A DNA stretch of 64,000 nt. Source: a bacterium (GTDB lineage Bacteria > Bacillota > DTU030 > JBMNJR01). Position numbers and translations under genes: made by a program. Positions 20,427-29,774 of the stretch are shown here, in pieces (within the stretch, counting starts at the first letter, position 1; each line of letters opens with the position of its first letter). Where the stretch lies: the NCBI GenBank assembly GCA_050951765.1, contig JBMNJR010000008.1, forward strand, positions 54,795 through 118,794. Direction: 5' to 3'. The notes under the pieces were generated by a model. The model worked only from the letters and a program-made list of their open reading frames with translations, had not been told where the DNA came from and searched no databases.

Positions 20427-21620
20427 CTATTCAATTTGGGATAGAAAGTCTTTGATCCGCTTCACACCTTCTTCAATCCGTTCCATTGATGTCGCATAAG
20501 ATAACCGTACATAGTTATCATTGCCAAAGGCAATGCCCGGGGTCAACGCTACCTGAGCCTCGACCAATAATAGTTCGGCCAAGTCTAATGAACCGCTTAT
20601 CACTTGGCCTTTATATTCCCTTCCAAAATATGCGGATACATTGGGGAAAACATAAAAAGCTCCTACCGGTACCCTACAGGTTACACCGGGGATCTCCATT
20701 AAAGCCTTTACCACGTAATTACGACGCCGTTCAAACTCAGCTACCATTTGAGTGACAGTTCCCTGATCACCTTCTAATGCCGCTAAACTTGCTGCCTGGG
20801 CGATGGAATTGGGGTTGGACGTAGCATGACTTTGAAAACTGCCCATTGCTTTGGAAACAGCCTGCGGTGCCGCTGAATAACCAATGCGCCAACCGGTCAT
20901 TGCATAAGTCTTGGACATGGCATTAACAATGATCGTACTTTCCTTTAATTCCGGAGATAATGTAGCAATACTTGCAGCTTTTACCCCGTCATAGACAAGT
21001 TTCTCATATACTTCATCAGATATCACAAATAATTGATGCTTTAAGATTACCTCGCCTAAGGCTGCTAATTCGGCCTCATCATATACTGAGCCGGTAGGAT
21101 TGCTGGGGCTATTAATGATTAAGCCTTTTGTCCGTTGCGTAATGGCTGCTTCAAGTTCTTCAGCGGTTAACTTAAAATCATTTTCTTCTTTAGTGTCTAC
21201 AACTACCGGAACACCCTGGGCCATTTTCACCATTTCCGTATAGCTAACCCAGTAGGGAGCCGGAATAATTACTTCTTCCCCGACATCTACCAGCACCTGG
21301 AGCGCATTAAAAAGGGCATGTTTCCCTCCATTGGTTACTACAATTTGCTCCGGTGTGTACTCCAATTTACTATCGCGCCATAATTTTTTGCAGATTGCCT
21401 GCCGCAATTCAACAATTCCAGTGGCACTGGTATAACGGGTAAAACCTTTCTCAATTGCCTGCATCCCTGCTTGGGCTATTGCCTGTGGCGTATCGAAGTC
21501 CGGCTCCCCCACAGTAAAACTGAGAACATCCATACCTTTTTTCCGCATTTCCTGCGCCCGCGTATTCATGGCCAAAGTTGGCGACGGACTGATCCCTTGC
21601 ACCCTTTCCGCCAAACGCAT
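20427..21620 (-). CDS. Class I PLP-dependent aminotransferase (aspartate aminotransferase-like)
   Basis: 397 aa; fold-type I aminotransferase sequence features. Confidence 0.8.
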   Translation of the reverse strand: MRLAERVQGISPSPTLAMNTRAQEMRKKGMDVLSFTVGEPDFDTPQAIAQAGMQAIEKGFTRYTSATGIVELRQAICKKLWRDSKLEYTPEQIVVTNGGKHALFNALQVLVDVGEEVIIPAPYWVSYTEMVKMAQGVPVVVDTKEENDFKLTAEELEAAITQRTKGLIINSPSNPTGSVYDEAELAALGEVILKHQLFVISDEVYEKLVYDGVKAASIATLSPELKESTIIVNAMSKTYAMTGWRIGYSAAPQAVSKAMGSFQSHATSNPNSIAQAASLAALEGDQGTVTQMVAEFERRRNYVVKALMEIPGVTCRVPVGAFYVFPNVSAYFGREYKGQVISGSLDLAELLLVEAQVALTPGIAFGNDNYVRLSYATSMERIEEGVKRIKDFLSQIE

Positions 21621-21652
21621 TTAAATATCCCCCCTTATTGTCCTTTCATGAT

Positions 21653-21949
21653 TTAAAGCTTTGCTTGTACTGCTGCTACCTTTGCCTCCATTGATGCCTC
21701 TCGATCACGCCTGTCATCAATCATAATAGTAGTACTTACCCGACCGGCTCCATTGTGAAAGGGTACCTCATGCATCTTTCTAATTACAGCCAAAATTTTG
21801 TCCAAATCACCCTCAATAATTGTTCCCATGGGTGTCAATTGATGCTTCAGTTCCTTTTCCTCCTGCAAAACTTTGTAACAACCTGCTACGTATTTGCTGA
21901 GACTAGTACCTATTCCCACAGGCGAAATCCTCACTTCCACAATCGCCAA
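21653..21949 (-). CDS. MTH1187/YkoF family protein
   Basis: 98 aa; family-typical N-terminus MAIVEVRISPVG. Confidence 0.7.
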   Translation of the reverse strand: MAIVEVRISPVGIGTSLSKYVAGCYKVLQEEKELKHQLTPMGTIIEGDLDKILAVIRKMHEVPFHNGAGRVSTTIMIDDRRDREASMEAKVAAVQAKL

Positions 21950-21985
21950 ACTCCGTCACCTCCTTTCGTTCAAAATAAACCTCCC

Positions 21986-23086
21986 CTACCGCCAGGGGTT
22001 AATTACCGCCTTTATTACCCGTTGCGCCTCCACATCCTGTAAGGCTTGATTTACCTGAGATAAAGAATACTCTCGGCTGATGAAACGCTCCCAAGGATAT
22101 TGTCCAGCATAACGTCCCATTACCTGAATGGAACGGTAGAAATGGCTAAAATCTATACCCCAAGTTCCTCTAATATCCAAATGTTTTTTATTAATATCCA
22201 AATGAGGGTTAAGTACTAAATTGCCGTTGTCCGTATACTGCCCTACCACCACATACGTCCCACTATCACGGGTGAAACTCATCCCCTCATTTAAGGCTTG
22301 CGGCACACCTGTTGCCTCAATAACTACGTCAGCTCCCCTGCCCTCTGTCAACGCCAGCACTTGTTCCAAACGCTGTTTGGGATCTGTATCCTCAATATTG
22401 ATTACATGGTCTACGCCTAAATCCGTCCCTAATGCAAGACGAAGAGCCGGCCCCCCTACCAAGATCACCTTTAACGCTCCTGCCAAGCGGGCCAAAATAC
22501 AGGCATTGAGACCTACGGGGCCACTGCCTTGTACTACCACTGTATCACCTAATGTAATATTTGCTCTCTGCACAGCATGAAAAGCAGTGGGCAGTCCACA
22601 ACCCCCGCCTATAAACTTCTGCGGCGCAACTCCTACCGGCAGCCGTACAACTTTTGTCCCCGGCTTTAAATAAATGTATTCACTCCAACCGCCTAATAAA
22701 CCCTCTGTAGCTGAATATGTAATCCCATAAACCTTCCGCTGGGGACAACGGGTGCTTGCCTTGGCAACTAAACAAAACCAACATTCATTACAAGTATTAT
22801 GTACATCGAGGAAAGTGACAATATCACCTTTTGTAAAAGGCTTTCCTGTTACGTCTTTTACTTCTCCAGCAATTGCGGCTATTTCCCCTACATTAATATG
22901 ACCGGGAATAATCGGATAAGGTACTTCCGCCAACCGCCCATGGAATAAATGCACATCAGTACCACAAACTTCACTGAGCAAGGTCTTCAGTAGAATAGAC
23001 CCCGGCTCCAATTTGGGCTTCGGAAAATCTTTAATAACTACCTGTTGTCCAGGTTTTTCCATTACTGCTGCCCGTACCATCTGCAT
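21986..23086 (-). CDS. Zinc-dependent alcohol dehydrogenase family protein
   Basis: Zn-binding CGTDVH motif and Rossmann GxGxxG (VVQGSGPVG). Confidence 0.8.
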   Translation of the reverse strand: MQMVRAAVMEKPGQQVVIKDFPKPKLEPGSILLKTLLSEVCGTDVHLFHGRLAEVPYPIIPGHINVGEIAAIAGEVKDVTGKPFTKGDIVTFLDVHNTCNECWFCLVAKASTRCPQRKVYGITYSATEGLLGGWSEYIYLKPGTKVVRLPVGVAPQKFIGGGCGLPTAFHAVQRANITLGDTVVVQGSGPVGLNACILARLAGALKVILVGGPALRLALGTDLGVDHVINIEDTDPKQRLEQVLALTEGRGADVVIEATGVPQALNEGMSFTRDSGTYVVVGQYTDNGNLVLNPHLDINKKHLDIRGTWGIDFSHFYRSIQVMGRYAGQYPWERFISREYSLSQVNQALQDVEAQRVIKAVINPWR

Positions 23087-23273
23087 CTCCTCCTTTAGAT
23101 CATATCCATCCTAGCAATATAATCGCACTTGCAATCCAAAAAGCAAACTGCTAATAAAGTGTCTCTATCTGTGTAAACCGGACGGCACCTAGCGTTGGGG
23201 CTCTTGGCTGGAGCGCATCAGTGCATGTGCGTGAATAGTGATACTCCTTCGCCCCATTCTGCTAACAATACAT

Positions 23274-23981
23274 CTATACAACCGGCACCATATTCCCCAA
23301 TGAAATCCCTTCTAAGGCAACTTGACAATCGTAAGCATAAACCTCTACCCCTGTCTGCTGCGCCCTGTATAATGCAGCACTAAACTCCGGATCTGTTCGC
23401 TTATTAGGCGAAAAAATGCTGGCATCATTCCGTTGAATAACAAAAAGAGCCACAGCCCGATACCCTTCCTGCCGCGCCAGCATAAGTTCAGCCACATGCC
23501 TTGTCCCCCTTGCTGTGGGAGCGTCAGGAAACAATGCCTGTCCATTTTCCACCAGGGTAACGGACTTAACTTCCATAAAACAAATCTGTTGCTCCTGCCG
23601 GATCCGAAAATCTAACCTGCTGGTTTGGTATGTTACTTCCTGTTCGACCTCTATTGCGCCATCAAACCCTAAAATTAACCCCTCCCTTAAGTTGTAAGCA
23701 ATTAACCGGTTGGGTAAATGGGAATCAATTGATACTAAAATATCATCTTGAGTGGCTACGACTAAATCAAAAGATGTTTTACGCTGCACATCCCGCCGCG
23801 GAAGCAAAAAAACCTTGGCTCCATGATAAAGAAGTTCGTGCATACGGCCGGAACTGGGTATATGGGCTATAACCTGCTCTCCGTGCAAATCAACAAGCGC
23901 CACAAAACGATTCTTACGGGCTATAAATAACCCCTGTTGTAAAGGCTCAGGATATTTTATCTGACTTTCCCTTGTTTCCAT
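23274..23981 (-). CDS. sfsA: Sugar fermentation stimulation protein SfsA
   Basis: N-terminal RKNRFVALVDLHGEQVIAHIPSSGRM typical of SfsA. Confidence 0.75.
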   Translation of the reverse strand: METRESQIKYPEPLQQGLFIARKNRFVALVDLHGEQVIAHIPSSGRMHELLYHGAKVFLLPRRDVQRKTSFDLVVATQDDILVSIDSHLPNRLIAYNLREGLILGFDGAIEVEQEVTYQTSRLDFRIRQEQQICFMEVKSVTLVENGQALFPDAPTARGTRHVAELMLARQEGYRAVALFVIQRNDASIFSPNKRTDPEFSAALYRAQQTGVEVYAYDCQVALEGISLGNMVPVV

Positions 23982-23983
23982 CC

Positions 23984-24688
23984 CTATAGCTCCCGGATAA
24001 ACCGATAAAGGTCTGCTAAATATCCTTGATAATCGGCAACCGGGTCCTTAGGCAGCCGATTGATTAAACAATCCTTAACCAAGAAGGTCTTAATCCCTAT
24101 TTGCCCGGCCACAAGATCCTCTTGCACATCATTTCCAATCATTAGGCATTCCGCCGGCTCCCGCCCAATTAGGGTCAGTATTTCTTTATAATACTCAATA
24201 TGCGGTTTACAAAAGTGCATATTCTCATAGGTTGTAACCAATCGAAAAGGGCAATCCTTTAAACCTGCCCAATGCAGGCGATGTTCCATAGCTAACCGGG
24301 GGAAAACAGGATTTGTTGCTATAACTACCTCAAAACCCTTCTCCAGGGCATTTTTAACAGTTTTCTGGGCTAAAGGCAGAAAAAACGTATCATCAGCCAG
24401 CTTGGCAAAATCATGTCGATAAAAATCCTCCAGAATTGGCATCAGTTCTTCCCGGCTAATAGATATTCTTGGAACAAAATCCAGCATAAAGGCCTCTTCA
24501 TTGGTTAAACGTTGATCCTTATTGTTAATCATGGCTTCCGTACTGGCCATAAGGTGGAAAATAAATTCCGCCGGCGCCATTAGATGGGCAAACCGGGTGG
24601 TGAGGGCACGGAAGTATATGGGTAAAAACCGATCTATATCTAAATTGAGCAATGTACCATCAAGATCAAAGAGTAATGTTTTATACAT
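23984..24688 (-). CDS. HAD family hydrolase
   Basis: Motif I LLFDLDGTL. Confidence 0.8.
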   Translation of the reverse strand: MYKTLLFDLDGTLLNLDIDRFLPIYFRALTTRFAHLMAPAEFIFHLMASTEAMINNKDQRLTNEEAFMLDFVPRISISREELMPILEDFYRHDFAKLADDTFFLPLAQKTVKNALEKGFEVVIATNPVFPRLAMEHRLHWAGLKDCPFRLVTTYENMHFCKPHIEYYKEILTLIGREPAECLMIGNDVQEDLVAGQIGIKTFLVKDCLINRLPKDPVADYQGYLADLYRFIREL

Positions 24689-24700
24689 AAGCCACCTCCT

Positions 24701-24970
24701 TTAGAGTACCTGCATATTGTAGTCAATTATCTCCACCTCGCCCAAGTCTGCAATAAAATTAATCACAGCCTGGATGTTTTGATACGCATGACCACTTTCG
24801 TTGCTGACACAAGCAATACCCAATGTCACCCTCCGCCAGGTATCTTGATCATCTATTTCCGCCAGAGATACGTTAAACCGTGCTCGTGCCCGCTGGAGCA
24901 GACTCTTTAGTACCCGCCGTTTGTCCTTTAAGGAGTTTGCTCCGGGAATATGTAGGATTACAATCCCCAT
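24701..24970 (-). CDS. DUF503 family protein
   Basis: About 90 aa from internal Met (MGIVILHIPGANSLKDKRRV); ORF track extends to 25018. Confidence 0.65.
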   Translation of the reverse strand: MGIVILHIPGANSLKDKRRVLKSLLQRARARFNVSLAEIDDQDTWRRVTLGIACVSNESGHAYQNIQAVINFIADLGEVEIIDYNMQVL

Positions 24971-25099
24971 GCCGATAACCAAATTTTTCACCTCAATTAT
25001 GATTCGATTCTTTCTCAACTAAGTGAAATCCTGCCTTATATGGTATAATTTTACTTCCACTTCCTAAAAAAACCCTTAGCAGTAAAACGCGTTATAGCT

Positions 25100-25310
25100 A
25101 GGATAGCCGTTTTGCATAGCTGGCGACTGCTTTTTGAGGTTAGAAGTTGGAAGTTAGAAAAGAACAATATAATATTAGGTTCTATGTATAAAAAAAGAGA
25201 AATAATGAACTCTTTCGCATTACTGTCTAACTTCGAATCTCTAACCTCTAACTTTTTGGAGAGGGTGGTCACGGTCGCCGGAGCCAGCGACAAAATTAGG
25301 CTAGCCCCGG
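25100..25310. repeat. Family R2 repeat locus: inverted duplicate modules
   Basis: 22 bp module CTAACTTC(C/G)AA...CTAACCTC present inverted at 25136..25157 and direct at 25227..25248; followed by the AAAATTAGGCTAGCC module at 25264..25308. Confidence 0.6.
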
Positions 25311-25341
25311 ATAAAGTGTTTCAGAATAGAAACAAATTCCC

Positions 25342-25875
25342 TCAAAGCCCTGCCAAATGCATCACAATCCCCAAAAGACCTCCGCTTACAATCATCAGGA
25401 TAGGATTAACCTTAGTAAAGGTGACAACCAAAAAAGTAATAACGGCAACCAGTGCTGCAAGTACATCTTTAATTGCAGAGGGTATAAGATAAATTCCTGC
25501 AGATAAGATAAGTATCGGCAACACGGAACAAATACCGTGCAAGGCCTCACGCACAACTACATGGTCTCTGTGCTTGCCAAAAATTTTTGTAAACATAAAT
25601 ACAATCAATAATGTCGGTGTAAAAACCGCGGTTGTCGCTATTATGGCTCCACCGAGTCCGGCAATTTTGTATCCCACAAAAGTGGCTGCATTAATTGCAA
25701 TCGGCCCCGGGGTCATCTGTGAGATCGTTATGATCTCCAAAAATTCCTCAACCTCCAGCCACCCTCTTTGAATTACTATCTCTTGCTGAATTAAAGGCAA
25801 CATGGCATAACCGCCGCCAAAGGCAAATAGACCAACCTTAAAAAACGCCCACCCCAAAGACAACGAAATTAGCAT
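25342..25875 (-). CDS. Chromate transporter (ChrA half-size subunit)
   Basis: 177 aa membrane protein with ChrA-like motif FGGGYAMLPLIQ. Confidence 0.75.
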   Translation of the reverse strand: MLISLSLGWAFFKVGLFAFGGGYAMLPLIQQEIVIQRGWLEVEEFLEIITISQMTPGPIAINAATFVGYKIAGLGGAIIATTAVFTPTLLIVFMFTKIFGKHRDHVVVREALHGICSVLPILILSAGIYLIPSAIKDVLAALVAVITFLVVTFTKVNPILMIVSGGLLGIVMHLAGL

Positions 25876-25879
25876 ATGC

Positions 25880-26491
25880 TTATTCCCTACCTTTCTCTTT
25901 TTGCCTAACCCAATTGGGCCAAAGCAGTAAACAAATACGGGAAACAGCTGCAGCCCAAATTATCATAATCGGGCGGATCCCTAAAACTATTACTGCCAAA
26001 AAACCGACTACCATATAAACAATTGCAGTTCTATCGGTGATAAAGCGCCTGCCAATGGAAAATGCGGATACCATTATTAACCCCGCCACTACCGGTTTCA
26101 CCCCGTCAATAAAGACCTTTATAATGACAATCCCCTGTAAATTATTAAAAAACTTAGCAATTGCCAATAAAGTAAAAAAGGATGGAAGCACAATCCCCAA
26201 TGCTGCCGCAACCGCCCCTGCCCAACCCCGAGTTCTTGTTCCCACAAAAACTGCTATTTTACCCGCTACTGCACCGGGGATACATTCTGTCAAAGAAATT
26301 CCCCGCATGAACTCAGCGGGCTCAAGCCAGCGCCGGCGAACTACTACTTCTTTTTCAATAATGGGAATCATGGCGTAGCCACCACCAAAAGAAAAAAGAC
26401 CAATCTTAAAAAAAGCCAAGAATAAACCGGCTAGAGAAATTCTACTTACAGTCATTTTCTTTCTGCATTCCAAATCTGCATCTCCCCTCAT
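25880..26491 (-). CDS. Chromate transporter (ChrA half-size subunit)
   Basis: ChrA-like motif FSFGGGYAMIPIIEKE; true start may be the internal Met at about 26455. Confidence 0.75.
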   Translation of the reverse strand: MRGDADLECRKKMTVSRISLAGLFLAFFKIGLFSFGGGYAMIPIIEKEVVVRRRWLEPAEFMRGISLTECIPGAVAGKIAVFVGTRTRGWAGAVAAALGIVLPSFFTLLAIAKFFNNLQGIVIIKVFIDGVKPVVAGLIMVSAFSIGRRFITDRTAIVYMVVGFLAVIVLGIRPIMIIWAAAVSRICLLLWPNWVRQKEKGRE

Positions 26492-26494
26492 CCC

Positions 26495-27604
26495 CTAGTC
26501 CATCAGTGCCTGGGCAATTTCCGCCTGCACCTTAAGATCTGCCTCCATAGCCTTCGCCTTCTCCAAAACCCGGCGTGCTTGCTTCCCGCCCAATTGCCCT
26601 AAAGCCCAAGCAGCGTGACCCCGGATAACGGGGCGCTGATCTTGGAGCAATGCTTGTATCTCCGGTACTAAATCTTGATCCCCCCAATTACCCAGAGCAA
26701 TTAAAGCGTTGCGCTGCATAATTGTTCTGCCCCGCCATCCGGCACTGGTAAAACCAAAATAAGCCCCAAATTCCCGCTTGCTCATTTTTAACAAAGACAG
26801 CAATTTAGGCCGGTGTTCAACATATACCGGGTAAAACTGGCGGTGTTTAGTAAGGGGAACCTGCTCATTGACAACACAGTTGTCCTGACAGGTATCACAA
26901 CCATAGAGCCGCAGCCCCATAGCTTTACGGAATTTATTGGGTATATACCCTTTCTTTTGCGTTAGATAAGACAAACAGCGTGTATAATCCAATACTCCCG
27001 GCGCAACCAAGGCACCGGTGGGACAGGATCGTACACAGCGGTTACAATCAGAAGCACAATCCAGTTCGGATGGACAGTCAGGAACCAGCTCCGCTTTGGT
27101 CAATATTCCCCCTAAGTAAACCCAAGTGCCCAACTTGGTAGCCAGCAATGTATTATTGGCAAAACAACCCAAACCCGCTCGCCAGGCCACTGCTTTATCG
27201 AAGAAAGGCCCCGTATCCACAAAACAAATACTTTCCGATCCGGAAGCCTCGCTCCACAAAAAATCCCGCAAGAGTTCTAATTTTCCCTCCACCACCCGAT
27301 GATAATCTATTCCCCAGGCAGTGCGGGATAAATAACCCCTGCAGCCGGATAAAACGGGCGCCTCTCCCTGGTAATACGACAAACCAATTGCAATCAGGCT
27401 CCTTGCCCCCGGTAATACCTGTTCCGGATCACATGCCGCAGCTAAATCCGCCGGCCCAAAGGGACTATATAAACCCTGCTGTTGCCGTTCTATTACCGCC
27501 GCCAATGTAGCCGAAAAAGGCTCTATTCCGGTAACACCTAATAAATCAATCCCCAATTCCAGCCCGTATTCCTTTATCTTTGCTGTGAGTGCTGTTCGGT
27601 TCAT
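26495..27604 (-). CDS. queG: tRNA epoxyqueuosine(34) reductase
   Basis: 4Fe-4S motif CNRCVRSCPTGAL and C-terminal HEAT-like repeat (PVIRGHAAWALGQLG). Confidence 0.8.
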   Translation of the reverse strand: MNRTALTAKIKEYGLELGIDLLGVTGIEPFSATLAAVIERQQQGLYSPFGPADLAAACDPEQVLPGARSLIAIGLSYYQGEAPVLSGCRGYLSRTAWGIDYHRVVEGKLELLRDFLWSEASGSESICFVDTGPFFDKAVAWRAGLGCFANNTLLATKLGTWVYLGGILTKAELVPDCPSELDCASDCNRCVRSCPTGALVAPGVLDYTRCLSYLTQKKGYIPNKFRKAMGLRLYGCDTCQDNCVVNEQVPLTKHRQFYPVYVEHRPKLLSLLKMSKREFGAYFGFTSAGWRGRTIMQRNALIALGNWGDQDLVPEIQALLQDQRPVIRGHAAWALGQLGGKQARRVLEKAKAMEADLKVQAEIAQALMD

Positions 27605-28242
27605 ACCTTATCCCCCTTATTAATCCTTCCGGTATGGCAATACTCCAGCAGCAAGCAGCGGGCGCACTCTGGGTTCTGAGCGTGACAAACCCTACGGCCG
27701 TGATGAATTAACCAGAGATGGGCAAAAGACCACTTCGCTTGCGGGATAATTTGCAGCAATTCTGCCTCTGTGGCTGCAGGGGTTTTCCCACAGGCCAACC
27801 CCAGCCGGTGACTGACTCGGAAGACATGGGTATCTACCGCTAAGGCATCCTGGCCAAAGGCTTGGCTTAAAACAACATTGGCTGACTTTCTGCCTACACC
27901 TGGGAGAGACATTAGCTCTGCTCTGGTTTTGGGAACCTGCCCGCCGTAACACTTTTCCAATAGGTAACAGGTTTTAAGAATATTCTTTGCCTTATTGCGG
28001 AATAACCCGCATTCCCTGATTTCCGCTTCCAGCTGCTCCTGCGAAAGGGAGACAAAATCCCCAGGTTCTTTATATTTGGCAAAAAGCCTCCGGGTAACCT
28101 GATTTACCCGGACATCAGTACATTGGGCGGATAGTATCACTGCGATGAGCAGTTGGAAAGGATTGGCGAAGATAAGACCAGGAGGTAATCCTCCGTATTC
28201 CTGCTCTAAGATTGTCAAGATTGCCTTAATTCTTTTCCCCAT
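27601..28242 (-). CDS. nth: Endonuclease III
   Basis: HhH-GPD motif LPGVGRKSANVVL and C-terminal 4-Cys FeS cluster loop. Confidence 0.85.
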   Translation of the reverse strand: MGKRIKAILTILEQEYGGLPPGLIFANPFQLLIAVILSAQCTDVRVNQVTRRLFAKYKEPGDFVSLSQEQLEAEIRECGLFRNKAKNILKTCYLLEKCYGGQVPKTRAELMSLPGVGRKSANVVLSQAFGQDALAVDTHVFRVSHRLGLACGKTPAATEAELLQIIPQAKWSFAHLWLIHHGRRVCHAQNPECARCLLLEYCHTGRINKGDKV

Positions 28243-28544
28243 TATACCACCCCGAATCCTGCTTAGACTACTTTATAGTTCTATGCTACCACTGTTCTCC
28301 TGCCAAGGCAATTAGGCTAAGACTTGCATATCCAACCATGACTTCCTTCGCCAGCAAAAGAAAGAGTGACATTGAAAATGTTTCCTTCTCTAGGAAGCAA
28401 AGTGATGCCAGGTTACCGGACAAAATATTTTCCTATAATTCGCAAAAAGATCAGCTTCACCCTCCCATCCGCTATAAACAAACACCGTCAGTATGCTATA
28501 ATAAACGATAATAGTAATTAATACCCAAAAAAGGAAGTGGCCAA

Positions 28545-29756
28545 ATGAAATATGTGGTGTTATTAGCTGATGGCATGGCAGATTACCCTGTTCCGGAGCT
28601 GAACGGCAAAACCCCGCTAGAAGCGGCATCAACTCCCACCATTGACAGCCTTACCCCTCATGGAGAAATAGGCATGGTTAAAACCATCCCCGATGGGATG
28701 CCTCCTGGCAGTGATACCGCCAATCTGGCAGTCTTTGGTTATGACCCGGCAACCTATTACACTGGCCGTTCCCCCTTTGAAGCTATCAGCATCGGCATAC
28801 CTTTAGCCGCCAGTGACGTTGTTTTTCGCTGCAACCTGGTTACCTTAACAGAAGATGAACCGTATGCGGCCAAAACCATCGTTGACCACAGTTCTGACGA
28901 AATTACCACGGTGGAAGCTGCACAATTAATGGAAACGATTAAAACTAAATTGGGTACGAAAGCCATGGAGTTCCACTCCGGCTTTAGCTACCGCCATATC
29001 TTAGTGTGGCATGATGCTCCCTTTGATTTTACACTGACACCGCCCCACGATATCCTCGGTAAAAAAATCAGAGAATATCTACCGGCAGGCCCTTACGGTA
29101 AAGTTTTTCTAAACATGATGGAAAAAAGCTACCCCCTTCTCGCCCAACATCCAATTAACATTGAGCGGCAAAAACAAGGGTTGAACCCGGCCAACTCCAT
29201 TTGGATTTGGGGCGAAGGGAAAAAACCCCTCTTACCCAGCTTTCAAGAAAAATACGGCCTTAAGGGTTCAGTCATCTCCGCAGTAGATCTGATCAAGGGT
29301 CTGGGACTCTGTGTGGGCTTTACTCCCATTGATGTGCCCGGAGCAACAGGGAATTATCATACCAATTACCAGGGCAAGGTTGAAGCTGCCCTGAAAGAAC
29401 TGCAAAAAGGACAAGATTTTGTCTATATACATATTGAAGCCCCGGATGAATGCGGCCATCGCTATGAAATTGAGCAAAAGGTGAAGTCTATTGAAGCTAT
29501 TGACCTAAAGGTGCTGAAACCTTTGCTAGCCGGTTTGACAGCCATAGGCGAAGATTACAAGATCATGCTCCTGCCTGACCATCCGACACCTTTAAGCTTG
29601 CGCACACATACAAATGAGCCGGTACCATTCCTTATTTATCAGAGCAATGCTAATAAAGAAAACACCTTTAGCTATAACGAAATCGACGCCCCCAAATCAG
29701 GGCTTTATATTCAAGCAGGGCATCGGCTGATGGATTATTTTTTAGGGAAAATGTAA
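28545..29756 (+). CDS. Cofactor-independent phosphoglycerate mutase family protein (archaeal-type, COG3635); possible homoserine kinase analog
   Basis: N-terminus MKYVVLLADGMADYP...KTPLE; RBS AAAAAGGAAG; immediately upstream of thrC. Confidence 0.7.
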   Translation: MKYVVLLADGMADYPVPELNGKTPLEAASTPTIDSLTPHGEIGMVKTIPDGMPPGSDTANLAVFGYDPATYYTGRSPFEAISIGIPLAASDVVFRCNLVTLTEDEPYAAKTIVDHSSDEITTVEAAQLMETIKTKLGTKAMEFHSGFSYRHILVWHDAPFDFTLTPPHDILGKKIREYLPAGPYGKVFLNMMEKSYPLLAQHPINIERQKQGLNPANSIWIWGEGKKPLLPSFQEKYGLKGSVISAVDLIKGLGLCVGFTPIDVPGATGNYHTNYQGKVEAALKELQKGQDFVYIHIEAPDECGHRYEIEQKVKSIEAIDLKVLKPLLAGLTAIGEDYKIMLLPDHPTPLSLRTHTNEPVPFLIYQSNANKENTFSYNEIDAPKSGLYIQAGHRLMDYFLGKM

Positions 29757-29774
29757 ACTCATAACCAAGAAAGG

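Noticed and set aside
25051-25492. ORFs 25051..25293 (-) and 25112..25492 (+)
   Set aside because: Lie within the R2 inverted-repeat locus and antisense to the chromate transporter gene; low-complexity translations.
28390-28632. 80 aa minus-strand ORF overlapping the start of the phosphoglycerate-mutase-like gene
   Set aside because: Overlaps a well-supported gene start and its RBS, with no homology or start signal.
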